The notes beneath the pieces were generated by a model, which worked only from the letters and a program-made list of their open reading frames with translations, searched no databases and was not told where the DNA came from. Shown one piece after another: positions 37,349-45,123 of a stretch of DNA of 51,196 bases (position 1 is its first letter; each line of letters starts with the position of its first letter). Source of the stretch: Chloroflexota bacterium (GTDB taxonomy: Bacteria > Chloroflexota > Limnocylindria > Limnocylindrales > CSP1-4). The stretch spans positions 1-51,196 of the forward strand of contig QKHE01000059.1 in NCBI GenBank assembly GCA_003250155.1, read 5' to 3'. Position numbers and translations under genes: made by a program.

Positions 37349-38020
37349 GTGCTCGCCTTCATCGACCAGATCGTCATCCCGTTCCTGAACGCGCTGTACG
37401 GCGCGACCGGCTACCTCGGCGTCACCCTCGCGATGGCGATCGAGTCGGCGATGATCCCGCTGCCATCGGAGCTGATCCTGCCGTATGCCGGGTTCCTCGT
37501 CTCCGACCCGAGCCAGCTCGAGCCGCTGACGGGCTCAGCCTGGTCGTACTGGATCGTGGTCATCGTCGCGACGCTCGGCAACACGATCGGCTCGCTGATC
37601 GCGTACGGCATCGGGGCGTGGGGCGGGCGGCCGTTCCTCGAGCGCTACGGCAAGTACCTGCTGATCCGGCATCACGAGCTGGAGCTGGCCGACCGGTTCT
37701 TCGAGAAGTACGGCCCGGCGACGGCGTTCTTCAGCCGCCTCATGCCGATCGTCCGGACATTCATCTCGTTTCCCGCCGGGGTCGCCCGCATGCACCTCGG
37801 CAAGTTCATCCTGTACTCGACCGCCGGCGCGCTGCCGTGGTCGATGCTGCTCGTCTGGGCGGGCGAGCAGCTCGGCGCCAACTGGGTCGAGATCCGGCAC
37901 ACCCTGGAGCCGTACGACCTCCTCATTGCCGTCCTCGTCGTCCTCGCCGTGGCGCTGTTCATCTGGTGGCGGCTGGGGATGCCGGGCTGGCGAGGCGCCG
38001 CGAAGCGGACAGACTCGTGA
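37349..38020 (+). CDS. DedA-family membrane protein
   Basis: Motifs LPSELILPYAGFL, GRPFLERYG and FFSRLMPIVRTFISFPAGV. Confidence 0.88.
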   Translation: MLAFIDQIVIPFLNALYGATGYLGVTLAMAIESAMIPLPSELILPYAGFLVSDPSQLEPLTGSAWSYWIVVIVATLGNTIGSLIAYGIGAWGGRPFLERYGKYLLIRHHELELADRFFEKYGPATAFFSRLMPIVRTFISFPAGVARMHLGKFILYSTAGALPWSMLLVWAGEQLGANWVEIRHTLEPYDLLIAVLVVLAVALFIWWRLGMPGWRGAAKRTDS

Positions 38021-38081
38021 TCGGCGGCGTCCGACGTACGATCGGTATCACACACCAGCGCGGCGATCCGGGAGGACGAGC

Positions 38082-38303
38082 ATGACCGAGCACCCTGGTC
38101 CGCACGACAGCGACGCCATGGCCGGGCCACACGGCTCGGCCGACGACCACGGCGCTGACCACGGTCATGACGACCACGGCCACGCCGGCGACGAGGCGAC
38201 GCTCGGGCCGATCGACACCCGGTCGTGGGGAGCCGGAATCCTCGGCATCCTGCTCGGCCTGGCGATCGCCGCGGCCTTCCTCATCGCCAACGGCGGGCTC
38301 TAG
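38082..38303 (+). CDS. His/Asp-rich miniprotein (73 aa) with a C-terminal TM helix
   Basis: GGAGG 6 nt upstream of ATG 38082. Sequence MTEHPGPHDSDAMAGPHGSADDHGADHGHDDHGHAGDE...GILGILLGLAIAAAFLIANGGL. Confidence 0.55.
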   Translation: MTEHPGPHDSDAMAGPHGSADDHGADHGHDDHGHAGDEATLGPIDTRSWGAGILGILLGLAIAAAFLIANGGL

Positions 38304-40084
38304 AACAGCCCGACGATCTCGCCCTCGGCGTCCACGTCGATGTTCTCGCCGCCCGGACGGGACGGCAGGCCCGGCATCGTCCGCATCTCGCCCGCGAGCG
38401 GCGTGACGAACCCGGCCCCTGCGGAAAGCCTGACCTCGCGGATCGGCAGCCGCCAGCCGGTCGGCCGGCCCTTGAGCGAGGCATCGTGGCTGAGCGAATA
38501 CTGGCTCTTGGCCATGCAGATCGGCAGCCGCCCGAAGCCCAGCGACTCGTACTGGGCCAGCCGCTTCGCGGCGGCAGGCGACAGGTCGACACCGTCCGCG
38601 CCGTAGACCCTGGTCGCGATCGCCTCGATCTTCGAGGTCAGCGAGGCGTCGTCCGGGTAGAGCAGCCGGAACTCCGGCGCTCCTTCCTCGGCGGCCGCCC
38701 AGACCGCATCGGCGAGCGCCTCGGCGCCGGCTCCGCCATCCGCCCAGTGGTTGGCGACGACGGCCGCCCGGGCGCCGGCGGCGAGCGAGACCTCCTGGAC
38801 CGCCTTGACCTCGGCCGGCGTGTCGGTCGGGAAGGCGTTGATCGCGACGACGACCGGGACGTTGAACAGCCGGACGTTCTCGATCTGCTTGGCCAGGTTC
38901 GCCGCTCCCGCGCGAACCGCCTCGGGGTTCTCGGCGAGGAGCGCCGGATCGAGCGGCTTGCCGGCGACGATCTTGCCGACGCCGCCGTGCATCTTGAGGG
39001 CGCGGATCGTCGCGACGACCACCGCCGCATCCGGCCGCAGCCCCGAGGCCCGGCACTTGATGTCGAAGAACTTCTCGGCGCCCATGTCGGCGCCGAAGCC
39101 GGCCTCGGTGCAGACGATCTCGCTCGTCACGAGCGCGATCCGGTCGGCGAGGATCGAGTTGTTGCCGTGGGCGATGTTCGCGAACGGCCCGCAGTGGACG
39201 AACGCCGGGCCGCCCTCGAGCGTCTGCAGCAGGTTCGGCTTGATCGCGTCCTTGAGTAGCGCCGTCATCGACCCGGCGACCTTCAGATCGTCGGCCGTCA
39301 CCGGCTGGCCGTCGCGCGTCGTCGCGAGGACGATCCGGCCGAGCCGGACGCGCAGGTCGGCGAGATCGGTCGCGAGCGCGAGCACGGCCATGACCTCGGA
39401 CGCGACGGTGATGACGAACTCGGTCTCGCGCGGGTAGCCGTTCTCCTTGCCCCCGAGGCCGATGACGATCTTGCGCAGCGCCCGGTCGCTGATGTCGACG
39501 ACACGCGGCCACAGCACGTTGAGCGGGTCGATGCCGAGCGCGTTGCCATGGTGGACGTGGTTGTCGATGAACGCGGCCGCGAGGTTGTGGGCCGCGCCGA
39601 TCGCGTGGACGTCACCGGTGAGGTGGAGGTTGAAGTCCTCCATCGGGATGACCTGGCTCCAGCCGCCGCCCGCCGCGCCGCCCTTGATCCCGAAGACCGG
39701 TCCGAGGCTCGGCTGGCGGATGCAGACCGCCGCCTTGTGGCCGATCCGGTTGAGGCCCTGCGCGAGGCCGACCGTGGTCGTGCTCTTGCCCTCGCCGAGC
39801 GGCGTCGGGCTGATGGCGGTCACGAGGACGTACTTGCCGCGCGGCCGGTCCGCCTCGAGACGCTCGATGGCCTCCAGCGTGACCTTCGCCTTCCACGATC
39901 CGTACTGCTCGACCTCGTCGTCGCGCAATCCGAGCTCGCGCGCCACCTCCTGGATCGGACGCGGCGTGACGCTCCGTGCGATCTCGAGGTCGGACAGGTT
40001 GGTCGTCCCGGGCGCCGGCGCGTTCGCCTCCGGTGCAGCTCGCGGTGCGGCTTTCGGCGCGGACGCCGGCTTCGCGGTGGTCAT
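38300..40084 (-). CDS. fhs: Formate--tetrahydrofolate ligase
   Basis: Motifs TPLGEGKSTTTVGL, PCLVHGGPFANIAHG-like (FVHCGPFANIAHG) and ICMAKSQYSLS. Confidence 0.95.
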   Translation of the reverse strand: MTTAKPASAPKAAPRAAPEANAPAPGTTNLSDLEIARSVTPRPIQEVARELGLRDDEVEQYGSWKAKVTLEAIERLEADRPRGKYVLVTAISPTPLGEGKSTTTVGLAQGLNRIGHKAAVCIRQPSLGPVFGIKGGAAGGGWSQVIPMEDFNLHLTGDVHAIGAAHNLAAAFIDNHVHHGNALGIDPLNVLWPRVVDISDRALRKIVIGLGGKENGYPRETEFVITVASEVMAVLALATDLADLRVRLGRIVLATTRDGQPVTADDLKVAGSMTALLKDAIKPNLLQTLEGGPAFVHCGPFANIAHGNNSILADRIALVTSEIVCTEAGFGADMGAEKFFDIKCRASGLRPDAAVVVATIRALKMHGGVGKIVAGKPLDPALLAENPEAVRAGAANLAKQIENVRLFNVPVVVAINAFPTDTPAEVKAVQEVSLAAGARAAVVANHWADGGAGAEALADAVWAAAEEGAPEFRLLYPDDASLTSKIEAIATRVYGADGVDLSPAAAKRLAQYESLGFGRLPICMAKSQYSLSHDASLKGRPTGWRLPIREVRLSAGAGFVTPLAGEMRTMPGLPSRPGGENIDVDAEGEIVGLF

Positions 40085-40992
40085 GTCTCGGCAACCTCCC
40101 GCGCCTCGCTCGCCTGGCGCTGGGCCGCTCGCACGAGATGGCTGAGCAGCAGGGCGTTCGTCAGCGGTCCCACGCCGCCCGGCACCGGCGTGATCGCGCC
40201 GGCGACGCCGCGGGCGGACTCGAAGTCGACGTCGCCGACGATTCGGCCCTCGAGCACGTTGATCCCGACGTCGATGACGACGGCGCCGGGCTTGAGCATC
40301 TCGCCCGTGACCAGGCCGGGCTGTCCGGCGGCCACGACGACGATGTCGGCGCGCCGGACCTTGTCGGCCAGCGCGCGGGTCTTGGAGTGGCAGACGGTGA
40401 CCGTCGCGTCCTCCCTCGTGAGCAGGAAGGCGAGCGGCATGCCGACGACCGCCGACCGGCCGATGACGACCGCGTCCGCGCCGCGGACCTCGACGCCCGA
40501 GCGATGGATCATCTCGAGCGCCGCGTGCGCCGTCGCGGGCACGAAGCCCTCGAACCCGAGCCGCAACAGGCCAGCGTTCAGCGGGTGGATGCCGTCGATG
40601 TCCTTGAGCGGGTCGATCGCGTCGATCACCGTCCGGAGCCGAACGCCCTTCGGCAGCGGCATCTGGACGATGATCCCGTTGACGGTCGGGTCGGCGTTGA
40701 GGCGGCGCAGGGCCGTGGTCAGGCCGGCCTCCATCCGGACGGCGTCATCGCCTTCCACGTCGACCATCTCGCCGCGGACGCCGACGGCTGCACAGCCCTT
40801 CAGGATCCGCTCGAGGTAGACCATCGAGGGCGCGCTCCGGCCGCAGATCACGACCGCCAGACCTGGCGGCCGGCCCTGCTCCTCGGTGAACGCCGCCACC
40901 TCGGCGGCGACCCGCGCCCGGATATCGGTGGCGAACGGTGCGCCTTCGAGCCGCCTCGCCTCCGTCGCGGCCTCCGTAGCGCCCTCCGTCAC
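40081..40992 (-). CDS. folD: Bifunctional methylene-THF dehydrogenase / methenyl-THF cyclohydrolase
   Basis: Motifs GIIVQMPLP, VIGRSAVVGMPLAFLL and TPVPGGVGPLT. ATGA overlap with fhs and GTGA overlap with the upstream gene. Confidence 0.95.
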   Translation of the reverse strand: MTEGATEAATEARRLEGAPFATDIRARVAAEVAAFTEEQGRPPGLAVVICGRSAPSMVYLERILKGCAAVGVRGEMVDVEGDDAVRMEAGLTTALRRLNADPTVNGIIVQMPLPKGVRLRTVIDAIDPLKDIDGIHPLNAGLLRLGFEGFVPATAHAALEMIHRSGVEVRGADAVVIGRSAVVGMPLAFLLTREDATVTVCHSKTRALADKVRRADIVVVAAGQPGLVTGEMLKPGAVVIDVGINVLEGRIVGDVDFESARGVAGAITPVPGGVGPLTNALLLSHLVRAAQRQASEAREVAET

Positions 40993-41669
40993 CCCGGCAC
41001 CGGCATGTCCGACGCCTTGATCGGTTCGCGGGCCGTCCCGCTCTGAACGACCTCGCGAGCCTGGGCGGCGATCCGGCCGAGGTTCGTGAGCAGCTCATCG
41101 ACCGTTTCGTGCATCGTCGACGCCCACGCTTCGTCGCCGACCGACGGCAGGTTGATGAGGACGTTCGCTGCCGCTCCCCGGCCGCCGGCCTCGGCGAGGA
41201 GGGCCGCGACGTTGAGGTCGGACGAGGCGTTGACGTTGCTCCGCCCGGCGAGCGCCTCGGCGAGCACGACCACGTCGACACAGACCTCGACGCAGTGCAA
41301 CGGCGCCTCGGCGGCTCGTCGCGCCGCGGCCTGCATCCTGCCCGTTCGGACCGCTCGCTCCTCGTCGGTCTCGCGCGGGAGGCGCAGCGCGGTGATGTAG
41401 TCCGCGTAGGCCGCGGCGTCCTCGTCGCCGAGCTCGAGGAGGCGGTCGGCGAGGCCCCGAGCCGCGGTGCCGGCCCGGGCGTGGAGCTCGGCATGGGCGG
41501 CGTACTTGGGGCGCCCCTCGGAAAGCGCTGCGACCATCGACACCAGCGATGCCGCGATCGCGGCCGCGAGGGCCGATGCGCTGCCGCCACCGGGAACCGG
41601 CTCGGCAGATGACAGGCGGCGAACGAACTCCGCGACCGTGAGGTCGCGCAGCGAGGATTCCGGCTGCAC
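40989..41669 (-). CDS. Formimidoyltetrahydrofolate cyclodeaminase (stand-alone FtcD C-terminal-type)
   Basis: Motifs LTVAEFVRRLSSAEPVPGGGSASALAAAIAASLVSMV and NVNASSDL. GTG 41669 is preferred to the track start TTG 41750, because the family normally begins about 10 aa before this motif. Confidence 0.85.
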   Translation of the reverse strand: MQPESSLRDLTVAEFVRRLSSAEPVPGGGSASALAAAIAASLVSMVAALSEGRPKYAAHAELHARAGTAARGLADRLLELGDEDAAAYADYITALRLPRETDEERAVRTGRMQAAARRAAEAPLHCVEVCVDVVVLAEALAGRSNVNASSDLNVAALLAEAGGRGAAANVLINLPSVGDEAWASTMHETVDELLTNLGRIAAQAREVVQSGTAREPIKASDMPVPG

Positions 41670-41740
41670 GACCCCGATTATGGCGGTCGGACCCCGGACG
41701 AGCGCGGTACCGGCGCGCTCGTCCGCACAGTCCGACCGGC
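41670..41740 (-). promoter_or_regulatory. ZTP (pfl)-like riboswitch 5' subdomain candidate in the leader of the cyclodeaminase-folD-fhs operon
   Basis: Minus-strand GGUCG-GACUGUGCG-[10-bp hairpin GACGAGCGCG/CGCGCUCGUC]-CGGGGUC-CGACC. My remembered consensus is GGUCG-UGACUGGCG-[P2]-CCGGGGAG-CGACC. A canonical 3' CCGCCUGGGC element was not found. Confidence 0.35.
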
Positions 41741-41798
41741 TCGGAATCAACCTGCCGGATGGGTCGCCGCTGCCCGGGCCTGGGCAGCGCGGCCCGCA

Positions 41799-42065
41799 TC
41801 AGGCGGCCAGATGCGACTCCATGCCCTCGAGCGTCCATCGCCGCGAGCGGTGGCGGAACGCGAGTCGCAGCCGGGCGACCTGCGTGTCCACGTCGAACAG
41901 GGTGCGCGGACCGGCAACGACCGGGAAGGCCGCCGTCTCGTCCCGCACCCCCAGCAGCTCCAATACCGGCAGGCGCTGACCTGCCACGACCACTTCCCGC
42001 GGCCGACCATCAAACCAGTCGGCGCGAACCGAGACCTCGACCGGCTCGACTCGGACCATCGCCAT
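41799..42065 (-). CDS. SOS-box-controlled hypothetical protein (88 aa)
   Basis: AAGGAG 8 nt upstream of ATG 42065. Soluble, beta-rich-looking sequence MAMVRVEPVEVSVRADWFDGRPREVVVAGQRLPVLELL..RRWTLEG. Two LexA boxes lie upstream. Confidence 0.6.
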   Translation of the reverse strand: MAMVRVEPVEVSVRADWFDGRPREVVVAGQRLPVLELLGVRDETAAFPVVAGPRTLFDVDTQVARLRLAFRHRSRRWTLEGMESHLAA

Positions 42066-42121
42066 CTTCGCGGCTCCTTCCGGGGGCGCTACGCGAGCTC
42101 CGGTCACCGGGCACTGGTGCC

Positions 42122-42177
42122 GTGAACGCCTGTTCGATTTCGACGAGAGCCTAGTCCGAACACCTGTTCGATGTCAA
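42122..42177 (-). promoter_or_regulatory. LexA-repressed promoter: TTGACA, SOS box 1 (TCGAACaggtGTTCGG), TAGGCT, SOS box 2 (TCGAACaggcGTTCAC)
   Basis: Read on the minus strand: -35 at 42177..42172 (overlapping the dinB stop), box 1 at 42171..42156, box 2 at 42137..42122. The layout matches the lexA promoter at 45068..45095. Confidence 0.6.
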
Positions 42178-43544
42178 GAGCCCGGCTCGTCGTCGAAGGC
42201 ATCCTCCCAGGGCCCTGTGTCAGCTTGGCTGTCACGCTCCTCCGGGTCGCCTTCGCGAGGCTCGCCGCGTCGCTGAGAAGACTGGGGCTCCCGGTCCTGG
42301 GCGTGCTCGCCACGCCGTTCGACCGGCGTGCCAAGGTCCCGCTCGAACGGCGCCGGCAGGCCGGTTCGGAGCAGCCGCGCACGGGTGATCGCCGTCCGGC
42401 CGAACCGCGCCCGGACCGCGTCCGCCGCCCTGACCGCGAGGCGCCGGCGGTCCTCGATGCCCTCGAACAGGCCGAGCTGCTCGCGCTCGCCGAAGCCGGA
42501 TGCCGTCACGCCGAGCAGGCGAATGCGCTTGCCCCGCATCTCGGGTCGTGCCAGCTCCACCGCGACGCGCCAGATCGGCTCGGTCATGTCGGCCGGCTCG
42601 GCCAGGGCCCGCTGCCGGGTCACCGTTCGAAAACCCGAGTCACGAACCTTGACCGTGATCGTCCGAGCCCGCAGCCCGGCGTGCCGCAGCCGCCCCGACA
42701 CGCCCTCGGACATCGCGAGCAGGGTGCGCTCGAGGACCTCCGGGTCGGACGTGTCGACGTCGAAGGTGTGCTCGTGGCCGATCGACTTCGCCGCGTCCGG
42801 ATCGTCGACCGGGTCGGGATCCAGGCCGTGCGCCCGGGCGACCAGCGTGCCGCCGTGCTTGCCGAGTCGCCGCACCAGGCCGGCACGGTCCGCGGCCTGC
42901 AGGTCGCCGATCGTCGCGATTCCGAAGTCGCGGAGCACGGCCTCCGTCGAGGGTCCGACGCCCCACAGGCGCGAGATCGGCAGCGGCGCAAGGAACGCCG
43001 CCTCGTCGCCGGGCGCCACGACGACGAGGCCATCCGGCTTGCGGAGGTCGCTGGCGATCTTGGCCACGAGCTTCGTGCCGGCGACGCCCACCGATGCGGT
43101 CAGCGACAGCTCGGCCTGGATCGTGTCCTTGATGCGGCGCGCGATGGCCTCGCCGTCCCCGAACAGCGCCCGCGAACCCGTCACGTCGAGAAACGCCTCG
43201 TCGATCGAGATCGGTTGGACGAGCGGCGTGAACCGTCGCAGGATCGACATCACCTCGCGGCTGACGCGCTGGTACTTCGCACCGTCGACCGGGACGAAGA
43301 TGCAGTCCGGGCAGAGCCGGCGGGCCGTGCGGATCGGCATCGCCGAATGGATGCCGAAGACCCGAGCCTCGTATGACGCGGCGCTGACCACGCCGCGGTC
43401 GTTGGCCCCGCCCAGGCCGACGGCGACCGGCTTGCCGCGCAGCTCCGGGTGGTCGCGCTGCTCGATCGCGGCGAAGAACGCGTCGAGGTCGACGTGGAGG
43501 ATCGTGCGCGGTCCCGGCGGTGGCGGCGCGACTCGCGGGTTCAC
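42174..43544 (-). CDS. dinB: DNA polymerase IV (Y-family) with an internal clamp motif and an acidic C-terminal tail
   Basis: Motifs HVDLDAFFAAIEQ, SIDEAFLDVT and LWGVGPST. QLGLF is followed by about 95 aa of Arg/Glu/Asp-rich tail. Confidence 0.92.
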   Translation of the reverse strand: MNPRVAPPPPGPRTILHVDLDAFFAAIEQRDHPELRGKPVAVGLGGANDRGVVSAASYEARVFGIHSAMPIRTARRLCPDCIFVPVDGAKYQRVSREVMSILRRFTPLVQPISIDEAFLDVTGSRALFGDGEAIARRIKDTIQAELSLTASVGVAGTKLVAKIASDLRKPDGLVVVAPGDEAAFLAPLPISRLWGVGPSTEAVLRDFGIATIGDLQAADRAGLVRRLGKHGGTLVARAHGLDPDPVDDPDAAKSIGHEHTFDVDTSDPEVLERTLLAMSEGVSGRLRHAGLRARTITVKVRDSGFRTVTRQRALAEPADMTEPIWRVAVELARPEMRGKRIRLLGVTASGFGEREQLGLFEGIEDRRRLAVRAADAVRARFGRTAITRARLLRTGLPAPFERDLGTPVERRGEHAQDREPQSSQRRGEPREGDPEERDSQADTGPWEDAFDDEPGS

Positions 43545-43584
43545 GCCCGCGATTGTCCGCCCGGCCGTGCCACCTTGATTGACC

Positions 43585-43833
43585 TTACGGCTCGAAGGAC
43601 AGGCGCCGGTTCGCGTAGTCGAGGATCGCGCGGTGTCGCCGCATCCAGTCGAAGCCGAGCATCCCGTAGCTCGCCAGGTCCGGCGCCGTCACGTTCGCGT
43701 ACTCCGCGAGATCCTCGAAGGACGCCGCGTCACGAGACCGCACGCCACCCACCTCGAACTCGACGGCGTCGGCGGTGAGGACGTCTGGGGTCGTGCCGCT
43801 CGGGCTGCGGTCCGGCGCGGGCGTCGGCGTCAT
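43585..43833 (-). CDS. Short ORF resembling the C-terminal half of a retropepsin-like (clan AA) domain; possible gene remnant
   Basis: Tail GMLGFDWMRRHRAILDYANRRLSF resembles the usual ..G.D.L....v.iDy....l.. ending. There is no DTG/DSG motif. The in-frame upstream 33 codons (..HRPLFDGLVP) hold no ATG, GTG or TTG. Confidence 0.35.
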   Translation of the reverse strand: MTPTPAPDRSPSGTTPDVLTADAVEFEVGGVRSRDAASFEDLAEYANVTAPDLASYGMLGFDWMRRHRAILDYANRRLSFEP

Positions 43834-43949
43834 CGGGACCAGCCCATCGAACAGCGGACGGTGGAGCGTCAGCGCGACCGAGACCGTCGTCGTCGGTCCG
43901 GAGAGGGATCGAACGCGCCGCCCCCGGGTCGGTCACCGGGGCGGCCGGG

Positions 43950-44396
43950 CTAGCCCTTCGGCTCGACGACGACCGTCACCTCGGGCGTCATGCCCTGGTA
44001 GACCTTGATCGCGACCTTGTAGGTGCCGAGCGACTTGAGCGGCTCGTCGAGCTCGATCTTGTGGCGGTCGACGTCGATGCCACGCCGCCCCAGCGCCTCG
44101 GCGATCTCCTTGCCCGTGATCGAGCCGTACAGCTTGCCGCCCTCGCCGACCTTGACGCCCATCGTGAGCGTGGTCGACGAGATCCGGTTGGCCGTCACCT
44201 CGGCCTCGCCGCGCTCGCGGTTCCGCTTCTCCTCGCGCGACGCGATGTCGTGCTGCCAGGCGCGATACGCGCCACCGGCCGCAGGGACGGCGAGCTTGTT
44301 CGGGATGAGGTAGTTCGTGGCGTAGCCGTCGGCGACAGCCTTCATCTCGCCCGATTTCCCGAGCTTCGAAACATCCTGCGTCAGGATCACCTTCAC
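43950..44396 (-). CDS. rplI: 50S ribosomal protein L9
   Basis: Begins MKVILTQDVSKLGKSGEMKAVADGYATNYLIP. 148 aa. Confidence 0.95.
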   Translation of the reverse strand: MKVILTQDVSKLGKSGEMKAVADGYATNYLIPNKLAVPAAGGAYRAWQHDIASREEKRNRERGEAEVTANRISSTTLTMGVKVGEGGKLYGSITGKEIAEALGRRGIDVDRHKIELDEPLKSLGTYKVAIKVYQGMTPEVTVVVEPKG

Positions 44397-44426
44397 GCGA
44401 TCACTTCCTCCTCGCGGTTCGTGCTG

Positions 44427-44933
44427 CTATCCGATCCAGGCCCGCAGCCGCGGGCCGAACCCCGTTCGAGCGACCGCGTCGCCGGCCGCCGCCAGGGCGT
44501 CCGGCAGCCGCACCACGGCCCGCCGCAGCGGTCCCGGGACCAGCCGCCGCAGCCGCGCCACGTCGTCGTCATACGCCGCCCGGGCGATGCCGGCCTCCTC
44601 GAGCTTCTCGTTCAGGATCACCTCGTCGAGGCCGTCGAGGAACAGCTGGGTCGCGAGCGCCACGACGACAAGGTCATCGAACTGGCCGAGCAGCGGCACC
44701 CGGTCCGGCACGATGTCCCGGCCCAGGGCGACATAGCCCAGCCCGACGCCCAGCAGCGCCTTTCGCGCCGGTGGGATCCGCGGGTCGGCGACGAGCGACC
44801 ACAGCAGCCGCGCGTACAGCGGCGCACGACCGGCGAACGGCAGGAATACCCCGACCGCGATAAGCCGTCGAAGTCCCGCGCCGCGGCCGCGCTTCCGCTC
44901 CCTGGTTCGGTCCGCCCGCTCGCCGCGAGCCAT
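44427..44933 (-). CDS. DUF1232 (YkvA-like) membrane protein
   Basis: Motif LGYVALGRDIVPDRVPLLGQFDDLVVV. Start trimmed to ATG 44933, with GGAGGA upstream. Confidence 0.7.
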   Translation of the reverse strand: MARGERADRTRERKRGRGAGLRRLIAVGVFLPFAGRAPLYARLLWSLVADPRIPPARKALLGVGLGYVALGRDIVPDRVPLLGQFDDLVVVALATQLFLDGLDEVILNEKLEEAGIARAAYDDDVARLRRLVPGPLRRAVVRLPDALAAAGDAVARTGFGPRLRAWIG

Positions 44934-45067
44934 CGGTCCTCCTGCCTCCCGGGGTGCAACGTCGACCACGCCCGCGATGGGGGCGCGCGATCGTCGGGAC
45001 CGGCAGTCTAGCAGCGAGTGTGCAGCGACCGATCGGTCCGTGGCGCCCAGGCGGGACCGCCCGAAAG

Positions 45068-45095
45068 TTGACATCGAACACCCGTTCGGTATGAT
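45068..45095 (+). promoter_or_regulatory. lexA promoter with an embedded SOS box: TTGACA, TCGAACacccGTTCGG, TATGAT
   Basis: The 16-nt spacer between a perfect -35 and TATGAT is exactly a TCGAAC-N4-GTTCG-type LexA box. AAGGAG (45111..45116) and TTG 45124 follow. Confidence 0.75.
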
Positions 45096-45123
45096 GCGCA
45101 CAGCCGCTCAAAGGAGTCGCGCA

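Noticed and set aside
41761-41795. Hairpin CGCTGCCC-aggcc-GGGCAGCG just after the 88-aa ORF, considered as a terminator. I also noted plus-strand CCTGGGCA as a ZTP 3' element.
   Set aside because: No U-tract follows the hairpin on the minus strand. The CCTGGGCA match is on the wrong strand and upstream of the 5' subdomain.
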